From NCBI RefSeq assembly GCF_009914755.1, contig NC_060927.1: DNA of 64,000 bases, one strand, 5' to 3'. Positions 52,011-64,000 of this stretch are shown in pieces; the first letter of the stretch is position 1; every line of letters starts with the position of its first letter. The stretch comes from the human T2T-CHM13v2.0 reference genome, Homo sapiens. Under the pieces are notes generated by a model. It saw nothing but the letters and a program-made list of their open reading frames with translations. It was not told the DNA's origin and did no database searches. The translations under genes were made by a program, and so were the position numbers.

Positions 52011-53499
52011 CCCTTTCCCCGACCAACCCTAACCCCAGTCTAGATCAGCAGCTTCTCCTGTTAGGGCCTCCTATACCCTGTAATTCTCGCTGTCAAGCAT
52101 TGCTCTATCTGCCCCCCTCCACCTAGGCTGTGAGCTACTTGAGGGGGTTCTGCCACATCTTAGCCATCTTTGTATCCTTGATACCTAACACAGAGCTTGG
52201 CACTTGGTTAAGGCTCCATAAATGTTGAATAAAAATCCTCCTTTCAAATGCAAATTTCACATAGAACGTAAACTTCTTAATCTATTGTCAGCTGGTGCCT
52301 CAGGGTGGTTTATGGTAAGAAAGAACAAGTTTCTGCATTATAGGCTTGAAGTTAAAAGGCCCCCAGAGGACATGTACTCACTGGTTTTATTATCTTTTTT
52401 TTATTGATCAGTGTGTCATCAGTCAACAAGTATGCAGCAGCTTTCTGTACAAGGAACCGGAATTCCTACCAGAAATTAACACGTGCTAGGGAGTCATTTT
52501 CCTTTTGTAACAAAAGTAATGCAAAGTAATTGAAAGCAATGACATTATTTCATCCAAATAGTATAGGATGGATCAAGTAGAAAAATGTGTTGGGAAATTA
52601 AATTTACTAGGTAAACACAGCCACAGAGAGCTCACAGCTGTTTACAGCTCAGTTGTATTTATGGGATGACATAGCCTAGCCATCAGGCATACTCGGGATG
52701 ACTGGGCTGTACATTCTGGCAGTCTGTCCCATCTGTTCCAGCTTCTTCATTTTCACAGCCATCCCAGGCCACCTCCTCTTTCAACCTGCCCTACACTGAG
52801 GAAGTGAGGAAGATTGTTCTGGCAGCAATTTTCATCACATCATATTATTCTCCAGCCTTATGTTCAAACTCTTTTGACAAGTAGCTCCCACTTCACTCTT
52901 AGTAATCTAACATGTCCCCTTGTAATTGCTTCTCAATCATGCATCTATAGCTCCTCTCATTGCTTAATATTAAAGGGAATACATCTGTCTTCACATTGCT
53001 TTGAATTCTCACCATTCCCATACCTAGTAGGCACTGAAGGGGGATTTCTGATTAATAATCCACTTAGATATACCTACCCCATACATGTCACCATGGTAAC
53101 TCTACACCTTGCTAAAAGTTGATGGCATAGTGTGTAATGACTTGGCTTCTTCCCCATTCAGCCACTAATCCTGTAGATGGATTATTTTGTTCCTACCCCC
53201 ACAAAGCCTGGAGAGCTCTGTAGCCCATGAAAAAATCAGAAGAGTTGCCAGCCTGCTACCTGATTCCTCTCTGCCTCCAAACACAATGCAAAACAAGCTC
53301 CAGTTTCCATGCTGAACATAAATAGAGATTGTTCTTCAACTTCAGAAATGTCCTTAGCCGAAAATGTACAAGCCTAGCAGTTACAGGAATTTTCTCTCTC
53401 CATCTTACAGGGCAATGGCTGAGGTCTTGGGAACTCTTTCAGGAAGCCCACTAGGGAGTGAACCTTCATTTGTCCTGATTGCCCTGTGTTACAGAGGGA

Positions 53500-54087
53500 G
53501 GGAATGTCCCCCCAACCAGTAGCTAGAAACCAGGGCCAAACCCATGAAAACTCATGGATTCATTCCATGCCTCCTTCTCTGATATCCTACTGCCAGGCAC
53601 AGCCACCGTTTTGCACAAATCTGGGTGAATGGTGCCCCTGAGGCTGGAAACTATGGTGGGCCTGGTGCTGAGCTTCATCTTGAGCCTAGTGAAGATGATG
53701 CTACGCTTCTTGAGAGGCGCTCGGCCATTTACCCTGTGCTGTGTCCCAGGAAGCCGACTGGTATGGGCTGCATTGAGTCTTTTGCCCTCCAACTTCCTAT
53801 TGGATAATGGGGACCTGTGACAAGAGGTTGGACAATGAGAAGGAGGAGAGTGACCAGTGAACCTGCCTCCCTGCCAGTTTGCTGTGGGTTTGTTACTAGC
53901 AGCTGTTGCCCACCAGACAGTCCTCTCAGAGTTCAGGCAAACACTCTGATGACCCTGGTGTTACTAGCCCCAGAGTATTGCCCTATCCCCTGTTGCCCTC
54001 ATCTTTCTAAATGATTCCTTTATTAAACTCCTTTGACTCAGTTTGAGTGTGCCATAATCTCTTTTTTGCAGTAACTCTGACCATACA
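53500..54087 (+). mobile_element. Old ERVL LTR (LTR41/LTR33-like)
   Basis: Ends ttcctttattaaactcc..cagtttgagtgtgccat..ctctgaccataca; the left boundary is uncertain. Confidence 0.45.
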
Positions 54088-54094
54088 GTGGTAA

Positions 54095-54545
54095 ATAAGA
54101 TAAAGCCTTGGCCTCCTTGGAGCTTAGGTTAGTGTGGAACAAAGAAAGACAACAAATGTGTTTGCAAATACAATCTATGTAATTTCAGATAGTGACAAAA
54201 GCTTTAAAAAAAGAAAGTACACCAGGGTAATGGAATGGCTGGAGAGGGTCTAGGGAGGAGAGCTACTTTTCTTCAAGTAGCCAGGAAAGGCCTTTCTGAA
54301 GAGGTGACATCTGACCTGGCACGATGACAGTGAGAATGAGACAGCCACACCAGCATGTAGAGAACAATCTAGAGGGGGGAACACTGATGCAAACAGCCCC
54401 CAACAGGAAACAACTGGAACAGAATGGAACCTACTGGACAAGGGGAGAGTGGCAGGAGCTGAGGTCAGGAAGGAAGGGCATAAAAGAGTTTAGATTTGAT
54501 CATTAGGACACTGAGAACTTATTGTAGGATTTGGGCAGGGAGTTG
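54095..54545 (-). mobile_element. L2 LINE fragment
   Basis: aggaaaggcctttctgaagaggtgacatctga..gagctgaggtcagga..aagagtttagatttgatc. Confidence 0.6.
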
Positions 54546-55671
54546 TGATGGTTACTATCCTAACAGAAATTAGATGAAACAATCAAAGGGTTTAACTGAA
54601 GACAATGCAATGAGAGGATTATTTTCTTAAATGTGGGCAGGATTAGGAAACTAATAAAGGGTGGTGAAGCATCCAGGAGCTAGCAACAGAGAGAAGCTCT
54701 TATCATGGGGAGAGGGTCCAGGTGCAGATGAGTGACATGGCACGCCTGGACTTCTGAGGACAATGGAGCACACAGCGATCTGAACATTTGACACAAATTA
54801 CAGAGGCTGGAAAGAAAGAATTTCACATCTTCCAATCAATACCCTTAGTCCAAATATTTGTCAGCAAACTCTAACTGTTTTCATAAACTTTAACGCCTTC
54901 AGGGCTCAGTCAGGAACCTGTGAGGAATTCAGGTGAAAACCAATAATGAGCAGGGGGGCGGTGGTGAAAAGGTGAGGCTGGCCTTACTGAAGGGCATTCA
55001 GATGGAAGCATTACACAGTCCTGAATTCAGGAGAGCTGTCTGGTTCCTGGAGCCAAACTGCAGCTTCAGAGATGATTTATTCAGCAAGTTTCCCAGCTTG
55101 CAAAACTTTCCAAAGTCCCCTTATTGCTGTACAATCATTGCTGTTTGGGGGCCAGTAAAGCCCATCAGGGGCTTATCTGGGGTTAACAAAGGCGTCGCTG
55201 ACTTGCACCTCTTTACCCTAAGGGGCATCATTTAGGTGACTCTTCCAAGTTGGCAAAAATAGATGCCTTCCATACCATTGGTCTTAAATTTAGAGAGTGC
55301 AGAGTCCTTATTAAGACTAAATTGTAAGGAAAGAAAACACTTGTGGGGTTACCGAGGGCAAGTAATTACACATAGTCTTTTTTTATTCCTCTTCTGGTTT
55401 CTGTCTCCTAGTAAGATACATGTAAAAACAACAACAAAAATGAAGACAGGCATTGCTCTCTTAAGACACCTCGGCTGCCTCTCACTGGCATTCATCTTAT
55501 CCTGTGGTTTCCAGGTGTTTTTAGCAGCAGAACTCTTTTTCCAGACAAAATCTGCCATGGAGCTTTAATGGATAACACAGGCAAAATCCAAGTGGCCATC
55601 TCCCAGACACCTCCACAGACCCTGATTCCAATCATCTCCAGCAGGACTGTCCTGAATGTGCGTATGTGAGT

Positions 55672-56010
55672 GAGGTTTATTGCGGTATGATTTTCATACA
55701 GTAAAATTCAATACAACAAAACTGTAATAACCGTCTTGTAATAACTCCACAATCAAGACACAGAACAGCTCCATCACCCGCTAAATTCCTTTGCACCCCT
55801 TTCTAGCAAATCCCCTCACCTCATCCCCATCCCTGATCTGATTTCTGTCTCTATAGCTTTACCTTTCCCAGAATATCATATAAACGGAGTCATGCAGTGT
55901 GTAATCTCTCGTGCCTGGTTTCTTTCACTTAGCCTGATGCTTTTGAGGTTCATTTGTGCTTTTGCATACATGAGTATTTTGTTTCTTTTTATTACAGAGT
56001 AGTCTATTGT
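55672..56010 (-). mobile_element. L1ME-type 3' UTR fragment
   Basis: ccacaatcaagacacagaacagctccatcacc..ctgatctgatttctgtctctatag..tcatataaacggagtcatgcagt..ttctttcacttagc. Confidence 0.75.
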
Positions 56011-58982
56011 TCTTGTGGTATTTTTCAATGTCGTCCTTCAGCTTCCAATTTCTTTTCTGTATAAACTGTAAAGCTGCCCATTCAAATAATTTTCTTTTTT
56101 CCTTGAAATGCTAAGATTGAAGCCCTGATAACACCATTGCAGAGGCACAAGTGGGAAAGAGCGTGCGTGACCTGAGAGGTGTCCTTGCTGTGCCATGCTG
56201 CTGCATCAAAGCCGCTCACAGAGCTGGCTCCCGAGCCTCCAAGTGCCTCGTCTCTTCCCAGGACTAGAAGTCCTAGGAATTGTCTAATCAAAGGAAGGAA
56301 GTACTGCTTGGATTCCCTTTTTATTGTATTTTCAATTATAATTAAGAGACAAATTTTTAAACCAGGAAAAGAATATGAGGGAATGTGTTTGTTCAGAAAT
56401 ATACCTAGGCCGCTAAAAGTCTTCCAAGGGCAAAGATGTGCCTAAAATACAATTTCCATACAAAAACTTAAACCAAAAATCTCAGCTTTGTCCACTGCAC
56501 GTGTGACCACACAGTTGTAACAATCTTTTGGATTCTCAATTCTGCCATCTCATAAGTAGCTTTTATCCCCCTCTCAAAGGCCATACCACTTGTGGATGCT
56601 CTCATGTCTAAAGAATCTACCAGAGCAGTCAAGGGCACTTTCCTTCCTCCTCCCCAGCCCCACTCTTACAGTACTCCAGGAGACTGAGGCATCTCATTCT
56701 CTGCTCCCTTTAAAATATTTTTGTTCTGGGTTTTATTTCTTTAATTTGTCATGTTTTAAAGATGCTTTAATATTTATGAACTACCCCCAGACACTTTCTT
56801 GAAATAGATGGAGTGTCATTGATAAAATAAATGTTATGAGAATTAAGCGCTGTATTTCTTATCATTTTGAGTCCCCCTAATATTTCGCTTGTGCTGAAAA
56901 TAATGGCTCCTCCCTGTCCTGTCTGCTTTGAGCTGAGCTAGATCCATGCAGTTTGTCATTGCTCCTGAAAGTGAGTTTGACTTCTTGAGACAGGAAGGAG
57001 GGAGATAGGAAAGTCATCATTTAAAAGAGAGTGTGTGACCCTAGAGGCATTTATTAGGTCATTTAGGCCAACACATTTTGAGTCATTCTTCTCTGCAGAC
57101 CTGTGCAGTACCCTGAGGCTACAAAAACAGTTGTTGCAGCTGACAGCAAGGTGGGGTAGACTGTAACACAATGAAATGCAAAGTGCCCGCATGGAGGTAG
57201 AAGGTGTTGTGCAAAGAAAGGGGAGCCCACCTCCTCCTGGGCTATGGAGAAGGAAACTTCATGGACAAGATGATTCCTGTGATGAGTATTGAAGAGTGCA
57301 TGGGAATGTTCTTGGTGGAAAAAAGGAGCTAGAGCCCCCTGTGCAGAGAAAGTGACTTGTGTAAAAATGCAATAGACTTGAGAAAGACAGGGACAAAGAG
57401 AAACAGAGAGTTTGGTGGAAAAGCAAACGCTGTCGTGAAGTAGAAACTGTGTGTGGAGAGTGAGGTGGTGGGGGGATCCTCAGGGTGGGATCACTGAGCC
57501 ATGGGTGTTCTGCTCCAGTTTGGACCGTAGTCTACGGCCAATGAGGGTGAGCAAAGAACTTTGGGTGGAGGAGGGTCAGTGTGCATTCTGAAAAATCCCT
57601 CTGGCATCTGTGGCAGGGGGATGGAGGGTCCTGCCAGGGTTCAGGTGAAAGAGGATGTGTCAGCAGCACAATGGAGAAAAGCGAATCCATCCCAGAGACA
57701 TGTGGGATGCAGAATTGATAGAGTCCGGGAGAAAGGTGAAAGGAAAGAGGGTGCAAATTACTTCATTTCACTCCTGCAATAACACTGTGACATAGGGGTC
57801 ATTATGTCCATTTTACAGTTGAGGAAACTGAGATTAAAGAGGTGAAGAAACTTATGTAAGTTTACACAGCTAATGAAACAGAAACTGTATCACAGTATTG
57901 AGGTGCTGCCCTCAGGAATTGCTCAAGCATGTGAGATCGTGAGAAAGAAACACATTTAATGAATTATGGAAAACTACCTTTAAAAACCCCAAAAACAAAG
58001 CTTTGGGAAAAGTTTCCTTGAGTCCTTGGAGAGCAGTGTTTGGGCAATATGCTACCAGGGACATAAGTGGAATGAGCAGATCTTAAAAGGGCTTGCCCTG
58101 AAGATCGAGGGTTTCTCCTCAATCATCCTCTTTCACTTTGTCCTTCTGCAACTGGGGAAGAGAGATTTGTATAATAACACATTTGCATCTGAGAGCATTT
58201 CAGCAAAGCATGCTTCCAGCTGCCTTTTCTGACACAGGCCCATCTCCCACCCTCATTTTATTGCTTTGGGGTAAGTGGCCTCCTCCCCACTCCCGACTGC
58301 TTTGGAGATAAGAGAAGGCAGTGAGGGATTTATCCTTTTACCCATAATATTGTGGCTGTAATTTAAAGCTGCCATAATTCATGTTTAGAACTGTGACTAC
58401 AATATCATGGAAAAAGCTGTCATTCAGACCCCAAATGAAGAAATGTGGAGTCCTGTTTCTTCCAGCTGTAAATTGCCTCAAAACCAGCAGACAGCAGCTG
58501 GCGTAACCAGACAATGGAAACTAAGGTTTGGAAAGTTATCCATGACGAATTGCTTTTTCTTTCCTCCCTTTTTCCCACATCTTCACTAACATCAAAACAG
58601 TTTTTCTGCTGGAAGGTGATGAGAACTAGATAATTGATCCTTACTGAGTTAGTACATGCCAAATTTGGGAAGTGTCCTGAAACATTTTTAGAGCCGGATT
58701 AAATTTGTAGATAACACAGCTTAGTCGAGTTGGGATGGGTTACTTAGACTAGTTCTGTGGTGACAGCAGTTATAAGTCTTCCAGGAACCATGGCGTCTAT
58801 TTTTCCAGTGCTCCTAGAGTGAGGTATGGCAAACCAGTAATTTCTCCCACCCTGTTCTGACCCATGATTCCCACCCATGGGCAGGGGTAATAGCCTATCC
58901 TGTAGTTTAAGCTCAGCACCCTAATCATCCTCCACGGAGCTAATGGAGGAGATCGTGAATCCCCTGAGACCTGCTTCCCACA

Positions 58983-59136
58983 TGTCATACCACGCTCAGC
59001 TCCGTCTACCGGGTGCCCTCACGCATGGCTGTGAGCACCTTCTATGCATCAAGAATATTTGTCATACCACGCTCAGCTCCGTCTACCGGGTGCCCTCACG
59101 CATGGCTGTGAGCACCTTCTATGCATCAAGAATATT
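58983..59136 (+). repeat. Perfect 77-bp tandem duplication
   Basis: 58983-59059 and 59060-59136 are identical. Confidence 0.97.
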
Positions 59137-59680
59137 TTAGGTACTTTATGCTCACTGTATTATCTAACTTAACCTTATCACAGACTTGCAAGTTAGATAT
59201 TATTACTATTCTCATTTTACAGTTGAGGAAATTAAGACATCGAGTGACTCAATGAATAAGGAGAAGTACAATTGTCACCCCAGTCAAGGTACTGCTTTTG
59301 CCTCTGTGATTCACAATGCTTTTAGCCCTCTCTTCAAAAAAGCAGGACAAAAATATTATAATTATTATTGAATGTGTAAATTCACAAACTAATTATTACC
59401 TAAGTATTTCTGGAATATCATTTACTTCTAGAAGTTAATAATTTCCTATTCTTGTGCTTGTGTCTTCAGATTTGTGAGTTCAGGCTCTGGGATTAGATGG
59501 CTTGGGTTTAATCCCAGCTCTGCCACTTTTTACTGTTGTGACTCTGTTCAAGTAACCTAATCTCTCTGTGTCTACTTAGAATGAAAATTGTAAATAGCAT
59601 CCACTTCATAGGATTGTTTTCATTTTTAAAGAAGATAAATGGATGTAAAGTACCCAATCCAAGATGTGGTGTATAATTTG

Positions 59681-60167
59681 TGTGGTTGCCTGTTACACTG
59701 GTGACGTGACCCCGAATGAGCCATGCCTTCCAGTATTTAAGTCCTTATGTAGTTCCCTCTCCCATTGACTCTGGACTTGGCTGAGCAGCTTGCTTTGGCC
59801 ATTGAGATTCTAGCAAATGGTATGGAAGCAGAGTCTTAATAAGTGCTTGCAAATAGGGGTTTATCCTCCTTGCACACTTGCTCTTAGAGTCCTGAGCCAC
59901 CACATAGAGAGATTACGTTGTCCTATTGGAGAGACCACCTGGAGAGAGAAAGATAGAAATGCCCAACAAAACCCAAGCTCTTTTATCCAGGCCAACTGAG
60001 GCACCAGACAGCTATCTTGGACATTCCAGTCTCAGCAGACACCATGTGGAGCAGGAGAACCTCCCAGCTGAGCCCAGTCAATCCATAAAACCCTAAGAAA
60101 TAATAAAATATTGTCTTAAGCAACTAAATTTTGTGGCCTGTTATATAGCAATAGATAACTGAGATAG
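59681..60167 (+). mobile_element. MLT1 (G/H-like) MaLR LTR
   Basis: ccattgactctggacttggc..ttgctttggccattgaga..cccagctgagcccagtcaa..tgttatatagcaatagataactgagata. Confidence 0.75.
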
Positions 60168-61106
60168 ACTGCATTTAATAAAGGTTAGCTATTTTTAAGT
60201 TATCATCGTTATCCAGTGACTCTATTTCCTCCAAAATAATTAACATGAAGACACGAAAAACTTTCTTAAAAACTCACTCAAAAAAAGTGCTGTCTTCCTA
60301 CTATTTGCAGAGCAACAATGACTTGTCTCCCATGTATATAAAATAGTATCCCCCCAAAATATGCCTTCATAGCAATTTTGAACTCTTAGATCTGCAAAGC
60401 AGACAAATTTAAATTTCTCATCATGTTTGGATTATTATTACTTATTATGTGACTATAAAATTTCTCTATTTTTAAAAATCTTTGAAAATGCATGGGGGAA
60501 TTAGTGCATTTGTGCAGAACCAGACTTTATTTTTCATCTACTTACTGACACTTCTCGAGAGAAAGTTAAAAAGTACTCAACACTACATCAAAACCACAGA
60601 CTCTCGAGGATAAAAGGGCCTTTGAAAGGTCAACCAGTCTGCTGTACTCTAGGTAGACTTTTCATCTTAGCTTCCCTGAGAGCTGGCAAGGCTCCTGTTT
60701 CTAAAGTTCTGCAAGCAATGTTCCCTGGGTTAGCAGCCACAAAGCCCTTCATGCATGGCATTGGTGTTTCCAGGGGAAAGCATGGGGCAGTGTTAACTTT
60801 GTGTCCCTCTTGAGTCTGCCACATTATAGACTGCTGTAGTTTAGGGTCACGTTTGCAGCCATGAAGAGTGCCATTTGGTAGAAAGTCATTCATTTTATTG
60901 CTTGCATTACACACAGCTTCTATTGGGCATATGTGAGTAAAAACCAAATTGTAAGGTAGGGAAAGTTTACCTGTCCTCCCCACCCTTCTCTTTTGGCTAG
61001 CACCTGCAGGCTTTCATCTCAAAGACTGGCTTGTCTTCAGTTGTTTACAGGACAAGTGAGTTTTAGCCTTGTATTACCTCTCCTTCTACATTGACTTCTT
61101 TTTTCA

Positions 61107-61211
61107 TGTCAGGTGGGCAAAGTGCCAACCTGTAGGAAGAAGGTTTGAGGGAGGCACATCTCACACGTAAGTGTGATACCACATCATCATGCTCATGAAT
61201 TGCAAAAGGAT
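61107..61211 (-). pseudogene. SNORD13: U13 snoRNA (SNORD13) retropseudogene
   Basis: Minus strand reads atccttttgcaattcatgagcatgatgat..gtgtgagatgtgcctccctcaaacctt..ggcactttgcccacctgac, collinear with U13 including box C tgatga and box D ctga; followed by tgaaaaaaagaa tail; TSD cta(c/t)a(t/c)tgac at 61086-61095 and 61212-61221. Confidence 0.9.
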
Positions 61212-61235
61212 CTATACTGACATATTAGGCTGAAT

Positions 61236-61264
61236 ATCTCTCTCTGTCTCTCTCTCTTTCTCTC

Positions 61265-61297
<33 letters not shown>
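61236..61297. repeat. (TC)n(TG)n(TA)n microsatellite
   Basis: Read directly. Confidence 0.9.
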
Positions 61298-61298
<1 letters not shown>

Positions 61299-61784
61299 AA
61301 CTATAAATCATCCAGTTGTAGAGGTAAAGGCCTTATGCCCTGTTAATCTAATTGTAAAATCAGAGAGGCAGGAAGTAGAGTCTATTCCAACTCCCCCACC
61401 CTTTTCTGCCCTAATCATTTTAAGATATGAACGGGGGTGGGAGCAGGAGTCAGGAAGGGGACCAGGAAAAAGCATTTGGCTTGGAGACAAACATTTACAA
61501 AGGATCTCAAATTTAGGCTTTTAACGTTGCTTCCAAATGAGGTTATAAATACAGTCATAACACAGATACTTCTCATTCAGCTCTAAACTCACGTCCCATG
61601 ACTGAACCATCCTACCTCTAGGGTGCTATAAGTTAATTATATAGAAAAAACCTTAACTTCTATATTACCTGTAAATACCACAGTTATATGCCATTGCATT
61701 TTTTGAATTAAAGGGTATAATTTGTTAAATGTAAACATTAATGATATTCCACAATTTTGTGATCCTGTTTTTACAATTCCTTGA

Positions 61785-62000
61785 AATAATAATAGCTAAA
61801 CATTTATGGAGTGCTTTTCATATGTTAGGCCTTTCACAGAAAACGTCACAATGACTCAGTAAAAGTAGGAACTATTATCACTCCATTTCACAGCTGAGGA
61901 AACTGAGGCACAGGCATGTGGGGAAATGTGCCCAAGGTTCATAGGTGATGAAGCCATGGATCTGGGATTTGAGCCCAAGCAATGTGGCTCCAGAGCAAAC
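61785..62000 (-). mobile_element. MIR SINE
   Basis: aataatagctaaacatttatggagtgct..ccatttcacagctgaggaaactgaggcacag..ggatttgagcccaagcaatgtggctccagagc. Confidence 0.78.
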
Positions 62001-63329
62001 ACGTGCAACACCCAAATCTGTTTCTTAGTTTCAAAAGTCTCATGTGGAGAGCCCCTTGTGATCTCCAAGAGGTGCTGGATGGATGGAGAACGATGTCAGA
62101 AAGGAAAGGCCAGGTGTCCCGTGAGGCTGCTGAAATACAAACTGCTGGAGCAGGGCTGGATGAAATGGCCTTTTCTGGAATCTTCCAGATGCATGTCTGT
62201 CTTCCCAGCTGTTTCCCCACCTTATTTCCTTGCTAATCTCCTGCTCCGTCTTCTCTCTCTCATCCCCAGCTTTGCCTTCACCTCTTTCCACAAGATTCCA
62301 GCATGTGGGGGCCTCAGTCCCTTCTCAGTGTTTTCTCTCTAGCCGGGCCTGGGCCTCATCCTCAGCTCCAGTCTCCGCCTCAAAATTTCTCCTGCCTCAG
62401 GCTCTGGGTCACTCCTTCTGGGCCAGAGGTCTGGGGAGCAGAGCATGGGAGTGAAGAGGAACCTGTGAGCCGGAAGGAGGAAGGCAACCCAGGAGGCCTG
62501 GTCTGTACTACCAGGGCCTGGTAACCAGCAGAGTGTGGGAGAGATGTGTGCTCTACATCACCGGTGGTGTCATGGAAACCTGCTGACACCGCAGTTCATA
62601 CTTCTGTGCAGTGAGATGGAGATGATGTTATTCACTTGAATGCCAGCCAGGCTGGGCCACACAGGCAGGCCTGGTCACGGCTGTTTGAATCATTAGGCCC
62701 CACAGACATAGGGGACATGAGCTTTGTAATGGCCCACAAAATGTTTGAGATCTGAAAATATATATATAGATTACAACAACAGAAAAGTAAATCATAAAAT
62801 AAAGATAAATGCCTAATTAAATGTCTGCAAACTGTAATACCATATCATCTAGTCAGCCACAAGTCAACTCATGTAAATAATATTTAATGTGGAATGTGGG
62901 TGGATTTCTGTGTGAGTTAATATGCTTGCAATGATCTGAAACTGATATTGATGCACAGGGGCTGCTCCCTTGGAGGAAGCTGGTTGTGGGGGCAGGATTA
63001 CATATGTTAGAGGATTTGGATAGAGGGGAAGGCCATGGATAGGCACCAGGGACCCTTAAAAAGGGCAGAGTGAGACAAAGGGGGCGGTATCCAAGATACC
63101 CACATATTCCCCAAAGTGAACCCCTCCTCAGGGCCCTGCAAATCTTTTGTAAAATTCCAAAAATCCCAGTTGGTTCAATTGAGTTTCTTGCAGAAGCCAT
63201 CAAAGGGAGTAGGTGGGAGACTGAGGAGGAAGGTTTGCCTCTCTCAGTATCTCTACAACAGAAACTGCCTCTGTCTACTTCTGCCTGAATGTCCAGTACC
63301 TTGTAGTTCAAGCAGCCTCGCTCTCAACG

Positions 63330-64000
63330 CAAGAATCTCTTAATGGGTGTTCTGCTTTCATTTCTGCTTCTGTTCAATCTTCTCTCCACAAAACAGAAAC
63401 ACTGACCTCTTAAAAATCAGCAATCAGATCCCTTAGGACTCCCACTTAGAAGAAACGTCCACCTCCTTCTTCTGGTTACAAAGCCCTGTGTGATCTGGCC
63501 CCTTCCGGCTGCTCATCCCCCATAGCCACCCTTTCTCTCCTGAGTGCAACTAATCTCAGCCACTCAGGCCTCCCTTGTCTTTGAAATGTGCGCAGCTCAG
63601 CCTGGCCTCAAAGCTTTGGCCCTGGTGGTTCCCTTTGCCAGGAACCCCTCCTCCAGATTTACAGGCTGCCAAGCTGGCCATCCAGGCCTCAGCCAGCAGC
63701 CACCTTCAAGGGAAGACTTCCCTAACCCCCAAGGGGAAATTCACTACATCTCAGGAGCTCACAGGACCCTGTTTCACTTTCTTCATCAAACTTTTCACTA
63801 TCTGAAAATCTCTTTTCTTGCATTGAATTCCTCCCTTTCGTTTGTTTGCCTCTCACCCACTGGAATTTAAATTCTGCCACAACAGGAACTTGCCTGTGTT
63901 TTGCACCATTGTGTTGTTGTTATTGCCTATAATAATGCCTGGGATGTAGTAGGAGGTCAGTAAGTACTTGTTGAAAGAATGAGCTAAAAAAATGAATAAA
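63330..64000 (+). mobile_element. L2 3' region
   Basis: caaagccctgtgtgatctggccc..tcaaagctttggccctggtggttccctttgccaggaa..gtagtaggaggtcagtaagtacttgttgaaagaatga. Confidence 0.7.

Noticed and set aside
58180-58700. Unique sequence with TAAT-rich motifs resembling a conserved element
   Set aside because: No specific structure beyond composition; needs conservation data.

Overview
This is primate (very probably human) non-coding genomic DNA. I found no intact protein-coding gene, and every long ORF in the track comes from Alu, L1, low-complexity sequence or a pseudogene. The window is mostly interspersed repeats: Alus, a full-length L1PB1 nested in an L1PA15/16-type 3' fragment, old L1M/L2/MIR, solo LTRs (MER50, THE1 with MER51 inside it, MSTA/MSTB, MLT1, LTR33) and DNA transposons (MER82, MER58A, Tigger4). 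It also holds three retrocopies of cellular RNAs: a full-length EIF3J processed pseudogene (34024-35980), a U13/SNORD13 copy (minus strand, ~61.1-61.2 kb) and a 33-nt tailless U2 snRNA fragment inside an Alu. The most notable signals are mechanistic scars. These are two tailless, internally primed retroinsertions with target-site duplications (TSDs), several locally templated inverted or direct insertions resembling polymerase template switching or Pol theta repair, a perfect 77-bp duplication, and an unexpectedly CpG-rich 5' end on the dead EIF3J copy. I cannot support a new biological system here. Repeat subfamily names come from recalled consensus sequences and need RepeatMasker/Dfam confirmation.
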